Below are positions 60,834-64,000 of a DNA stretch of 64,000 nt, in pieces; within the stretch, counting starts at the first letter, position 1, and each line of letters starts with the position of its first letter. The DNA is from an uncultured Methanosarcinaceae archaeon (GTDB lineage: Archaea; Halobacteriota; Methanosarcinia; Methanosarcinales; Methanosarcinaceae): NCBI GenBank assembly GCA_963833425.1, contig CAWHXP010000005.1, positions 1 to 64,000 on the forward strand, read 5' to 3'. The translations under genes and the position numbers were made by a program. The notes beneath the pieces were generated by a model. The model was not told the origin of the DNA and did no database searches. It saw only the letters and a list, made by a program, of their open reading frames with translations.

Positions 60834-61070
60834 TTTATTTTTTCTAAATTTTTAATTTCTCAAGATTTCTCTCGCAAAAATCAATTAGTCGGGAATCTTC
60901 AATTTCTTTAGCAATTTTGAGTGCCAGTTTATAATATCCAATTGCTTTCTTTGTCCTTCCAAGATCATTGTATATTATTCCCAGATTTCCAAGGCATTTC
61001 CCTTCTCCTTTCTTACCCCCAATTTCTTTAGCAATTTTGAGTGACTGTTCATAATACTCAATTGCTTTTA
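60834..61070 (-). pseudogene. Second C-terminal TPR fragment, paralogous to 59543-59900
   Basis: KAIEYYEQSLKIAKEIGGKKGEGKCLGNLGIIYNDLGRTKKAIGYYKLALKIAKEIED...IDFCERNLEKLKNLEKNK. Confidence 0.8.
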
Positions 61071-61104
61071 TAAGATAGCATCATTATTTTGTAGGAGATA
61101 AACT

Positions 61105-61410
61105 ATGGAGAAAATTGGATTGGTAGAGACGATAGAAGCCTTGCGGTCAGAGTTATCTGCGGCGGTAAAGAAAGCCCAAGGACAAGAGATTCAGTTTCCG
61201 ATAGGTTCAGTACAACTGGAGTTCCAGGTAGGAGTGACATGGGACGCAGAGACTAAGGGTAAAGTCAAGTTCTGGGTATTGGAGTTAGGAGCGAGCGGCA
61301 AATATGCAAACGAATCGGTCCAGAAGGTCACTCTTAATCTTGAAGCCCCAGTGAACACTGAGGGAAATATAGTGAAAGTGACAGAACATTCGCGACAGAG
61401 ACCGAGTTAG
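61105..61410 (+). CDS. Trypsin-co-occurring domain protein Trypco2
   Basis: IGLVETIEALRSEL..A...IQF.IGSVQLEFQV...GKVKFWVLELGASG....VQKVTLNL. Directly upstream of a trypsin gene. Confidence 0.9.
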   Translation: MEKIGLVETIEALRSELSAAVKKAQGQEIQFPIGSVQLEFQVGVTWDAETKGKVKFWVLELGASGKYANESVQKVTLNLEAPVNTEGNIVKVTEHSRQRPS

Positions 61411-61422
61411 GGAGGGTAGATA

Positions 61423-62823
61423 GTGTTAGCAGGGCTGAACAGTCGAGCCGTTGAAGTTATCTATGAAGGGTGTGACGAAAACGGACATTTCTGGGAGGTA
61501 GGTTCTGGGTCCTTCGTTCGCCCTAATCTGGTGCTTACTGCCTCGCACTGTATTCCCGGCCCGGGCAAATTAAGAGTGCGTCTTCTCTACGACGGAAAAA
61601 AGTACCCTGCGACAGTGCGCCTGCAAGCTGACAAAGACAACGCAGATTTAGCAGTACTCGAAGTTTCTAATGTACCAGTGGAAGTCCCTGTTCTACGATT
61701 TGGAGAGGTAAATCGGAATATATCAGGGAAAGTGAAGGAATGTATAGCAATTGGCTTCCCCAGGTTCAAAGATATCGAAGATAAATCTAAGGTACTGCGT
61801 TGCAGTGCCCAAGTCGAGGGGGAGATCCCAACCGGAGAAAATTTTCGCCAGCCCATTCTTACGCTACAGATAACAAACAAGAATCCACGATCACTACCTG
61901 ATAACAAATCGGAATGGGCAGGGATATCTGGGGCAGTAGTATACTCGAGCAATGATACTATCATAGGTGTGATAACTGAGCATCATCTCCCGGAGGGTGA
62001 GAGTGCGTTAAACGTTGTGCCAATTACGGCCATCGATGGTCTAGATGAAGCGGGGAAATGGTGGCAGTTACTAGGTGTGAACCGTCAAGCACTCGTAAGT
62101 CTGCCGAAAATTATAGGCAATGTTACAGGCAAGCTAGCTACTGGGAAATATATCAATCAAATTGTGATAAAAGAGCCATCAGTAGAGGCATTAGTTAAAC
62201 AGATGGACTTTTTAGAACAAAAAGAAGAAAGTTTTGATTTATTTTTAAGCTATTTACACTTAGATGATGAGTTTGTTGACAAATTGTCCTGGTTGCTCGA
62301 AAATATTGCCTACTTAAGGGTATTGCATGACAGATGGATTATTTTGCCTGAAAAATGGCAGCAAGAAATACCTCGTGGATTCGAACTCACAAAATCTTGT
62401 GCAATATGTATCGGAGGGGAAACCCCCGAAGGTTGGTTTAGAGACGAGATTGAACTGGCTATCAGTCACCAAAGTGAAGATAAAGCATTCAGAGTTATTC
62501 CAGTGTTATTGCCCAATGCTCAAGAAATAAGTCTTGATGATTTCCCTGAGTTAAGAACTTTGGTGGACTTTAGGAATGGTTTGGAAGATACTAAAGAATT
62601 GCATCGTCTAGTTTCCGGGATACGCGGTGTGCCGCCAGGAAGAAAGCCTTCGGAAATTGTGATACAAGAACCTGATATTGAACCTGATATTAATAGAGCT
62701 CGTAAGCAATTAAGGATAATTGAACAACTGAGCTTTGAATTTAAGGCTATTTTCTCTCAAAAGCTAGTGGATGAGAGTGTTCGTAAGATAGTAAAAGTAA
62801 ATGTGTTAATGAAAAATAGGTGA
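61423..62823 (+). CDS. Trypsin-like serine protease fused to a TIR domain
   Basis: Intact triad: LVLTASHC, ADLAVL, WAGISGA. TIR motifs FDLFLSY, DRWIILP..W, WFRDEIE and VIPVLLP. Confidence 0.92.
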   Translation: MLAGLNSRAVEVIYEGCDENGHFWEVGSGSFVRPNLVLTASHCIPGPGKLRVRLLYDGKKYPATVRLQADKDNADLAVLEVSNVPVEVPVLRFGEVNRNISGKVKECIAIGFPRFKDIEDKSKVLRCSAQVEGEIPTGENFRQPILTLQITNKNPRSLPDNKSEWAGISGAVVYSSNDTIIGVITEHHLPEGESALNVVPITAIDGLDEAGKWWQLLGVNRQALVSLPKIIGNVTGKLATGKYINQIVIKEPSVEALVKQMDFLEQKEESFDLFLSYLHLDDEFVDKLSWLLENIAYLRVLHDRWIILPEKWQQEIPRGFELTKSCAICIGGETPEGWFRDEIELAISHQSEDKAFRVIPVLLPNAQEISLDDFPELRTLVDFRNGLEDTKELHRLVSGIRGVPPGRKPSEIVIQEPDIEPDINRARKQLRIIEQLSFEFKAIFSQKLVDESVRKIVKVNVLMKNR

Positions 62824-62827
62824 CTCA

Positions 62828-64000
62828 ATGGCAGACACCAAGTACAAGTATGATGTATTTCTGAGCTATTCAAGATCTGATGTGAATTCAGTTGAAAAAG
62901 TTGCGAGCTATCTCAGTGATGCAGGACTGAACGTCTGGTTTGATGAATGGTCACTGGTTCCAGGTCAGCAATGGGAGGCATCTTTAGAGGAAGCTTTTGA
63001 TAGTTCGCTTACAATCGCTGTTTTTGTAGGTCCTTCATCGTTAAGTAATCAGCAACAACTGGAGTTGAAAGAAGTCCTTAATAAGCAGATGAACGGTGCA
63101 GTTCATAGGGTCATACCTATCCTACTTCCTGGATCCAGTATAGATTTTATCCCTTTACCCCTTCGCAAAATATGCGCTTTAGACCTTCGTAAAGGTCTTG
63201 AGACAAAACGCGAGCTAAATGAACTTGTTAAAATGATTACCGAATATAAAACCGTAACCTATGGCACTGGACTAACAACAGGTCGCGATGTTTCCATAGG
63301 TGATGTTACCGGCCAGCTAGCTATTGGGAAATATATCAATCAAATTACTATAAAAGAGCCTTCTGGAAAGGCGTTAGTTGAATTAATAGCTTATCTGGAA
63401 CAAGAGAGAAATAAAGAAGAAAATCTTAAAATTTTAAACAGCTATAATCCTTCTGTCCTTCCTTATTTTGACCCTAGACTAAAAGAATTTGTTACCACAA
63501 ACAGAGTGGAAGAATTAAGCCAAGCTCTCGTATATCTTCAGGATCACAGGCTTTTACTTTTTACTGGATTAGGTGGAGTTGGAAAGACTACTCTTGCAAG
63601 AGCCATTATTGATATAAGACCAGCTAATGTACCTATTCCTTTCTGGTTTGATTTCAGTCAAAATCAGAGTGCCAAACTAGGGGATATTCTCGAAAAACTC
63701 GCAGCATATATGAATTCTCGAGATTTAGTAGGATTCAAAGAGGAAAAACGAGAGCCAGAAAAAAAGGATATTGATAAACTCATAGACAAATTAAATGTAG
63801 GAAACCCAGTATGGCTTATTTTCGACAACTTGGAAACTATAATGGATGACATTTATTTCCAAGATGAATATATAGATCTATTTTTTACTTGTTTGTTTAC
63901 CAACACTTACCAGATAAAGATCATTATAACGAGTAGAACTGTTCCAATGTTAAAAAATGAAGAATGCTTAATTAACGTAATAGAAGGAGATAAACAGAAT
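62828..64000 (+). CDS. TIR plus NB-ARC/STAND NTPase protein, partial (runs off the window; absent from the ORF track)
   Basis: Manual translation is open to the window end: MADTKYKYDVFLSYSRSD...VWFDEWSLVPGQQW...RVIPILLPG (TIR), GLGGVGKTTLA (Walker A), LIFDNLE (Walker B), IIITSR. Confidence 0.93.
   Translation, partial: MADTKYKYDVFLSYSRSDVNSVEKVASYLSDAGLNVWFDEWSLVPGQQWEASLEEAFDSSLTIAVFVGPSSLSNQQQLELKEVLNKQMNGAVHRVIPILLPGSSIDFIPLPLRKICALDLRKGLETKRELNELVKMITEYKTVTYGTGLTTGRDVSIGDVTGQLAIGKYINQITIKEPSGKALVELIAYLEQERNKEENLKILNSYNPSVLPYFDPRLKEFVTTNRVEELSQALVYLQDHRLLLFTGLGGVGKTTLARAIIDIRPANVPIPFWFDFSQNQSAKLGDILEKLAAYMNSRDLVGFKEEKREPEKKDIDKLIDKLNVGNPVWLIFDNLETIMDDIYFQDEYIDLFFTCLFTNTYQIKIIITSRTVPMLKNEECLINVIEGDKQN

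Overview
This is a chromosomal window from a methanogenic archaeon, most likely Methanosarcina (inferred from protein sequences and gene order). The first ~34 kb is mostly housekeeping: tRNA-Leu, tRNA-Ser, tRNA-Glu, rps13-rps4-rps11-rpoD, LSm with TFE-beta, trpS-pheS, a DEAD/DEAH helicase, a keto-acid decarboxylase, a nucleoside phosphorylase, a ThyX-like protein and homocitrate synthase. These genes are interspersed with decayed IS5, IS605/TnpB and IS110 elements and MITEs. Several essential genes carry single-base insertions that look like sequencing errors. The last ~15 kb is an innate-immunity-like island with two divergent modules. The left module is Trypco1 plus an Apaf-1-like trypsin/NB-ARC/WD40 protein, bracketed by dif-like sites and followed by a CHAT protease remnant. 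The right module is Trypco2, a trypsin-TIR protein and a TIR-NB-ARC protein that runs off the window. The last two share a 36-aa duplicated module whose first half resembles an amyloid-signalling (RHIM/BASS-like) motif. Between the modules lies a plasmid-like remnant with a wHTH gene and four phased palindromic repeats. All family assignments come from reading motifs by eye; no database searches were run.
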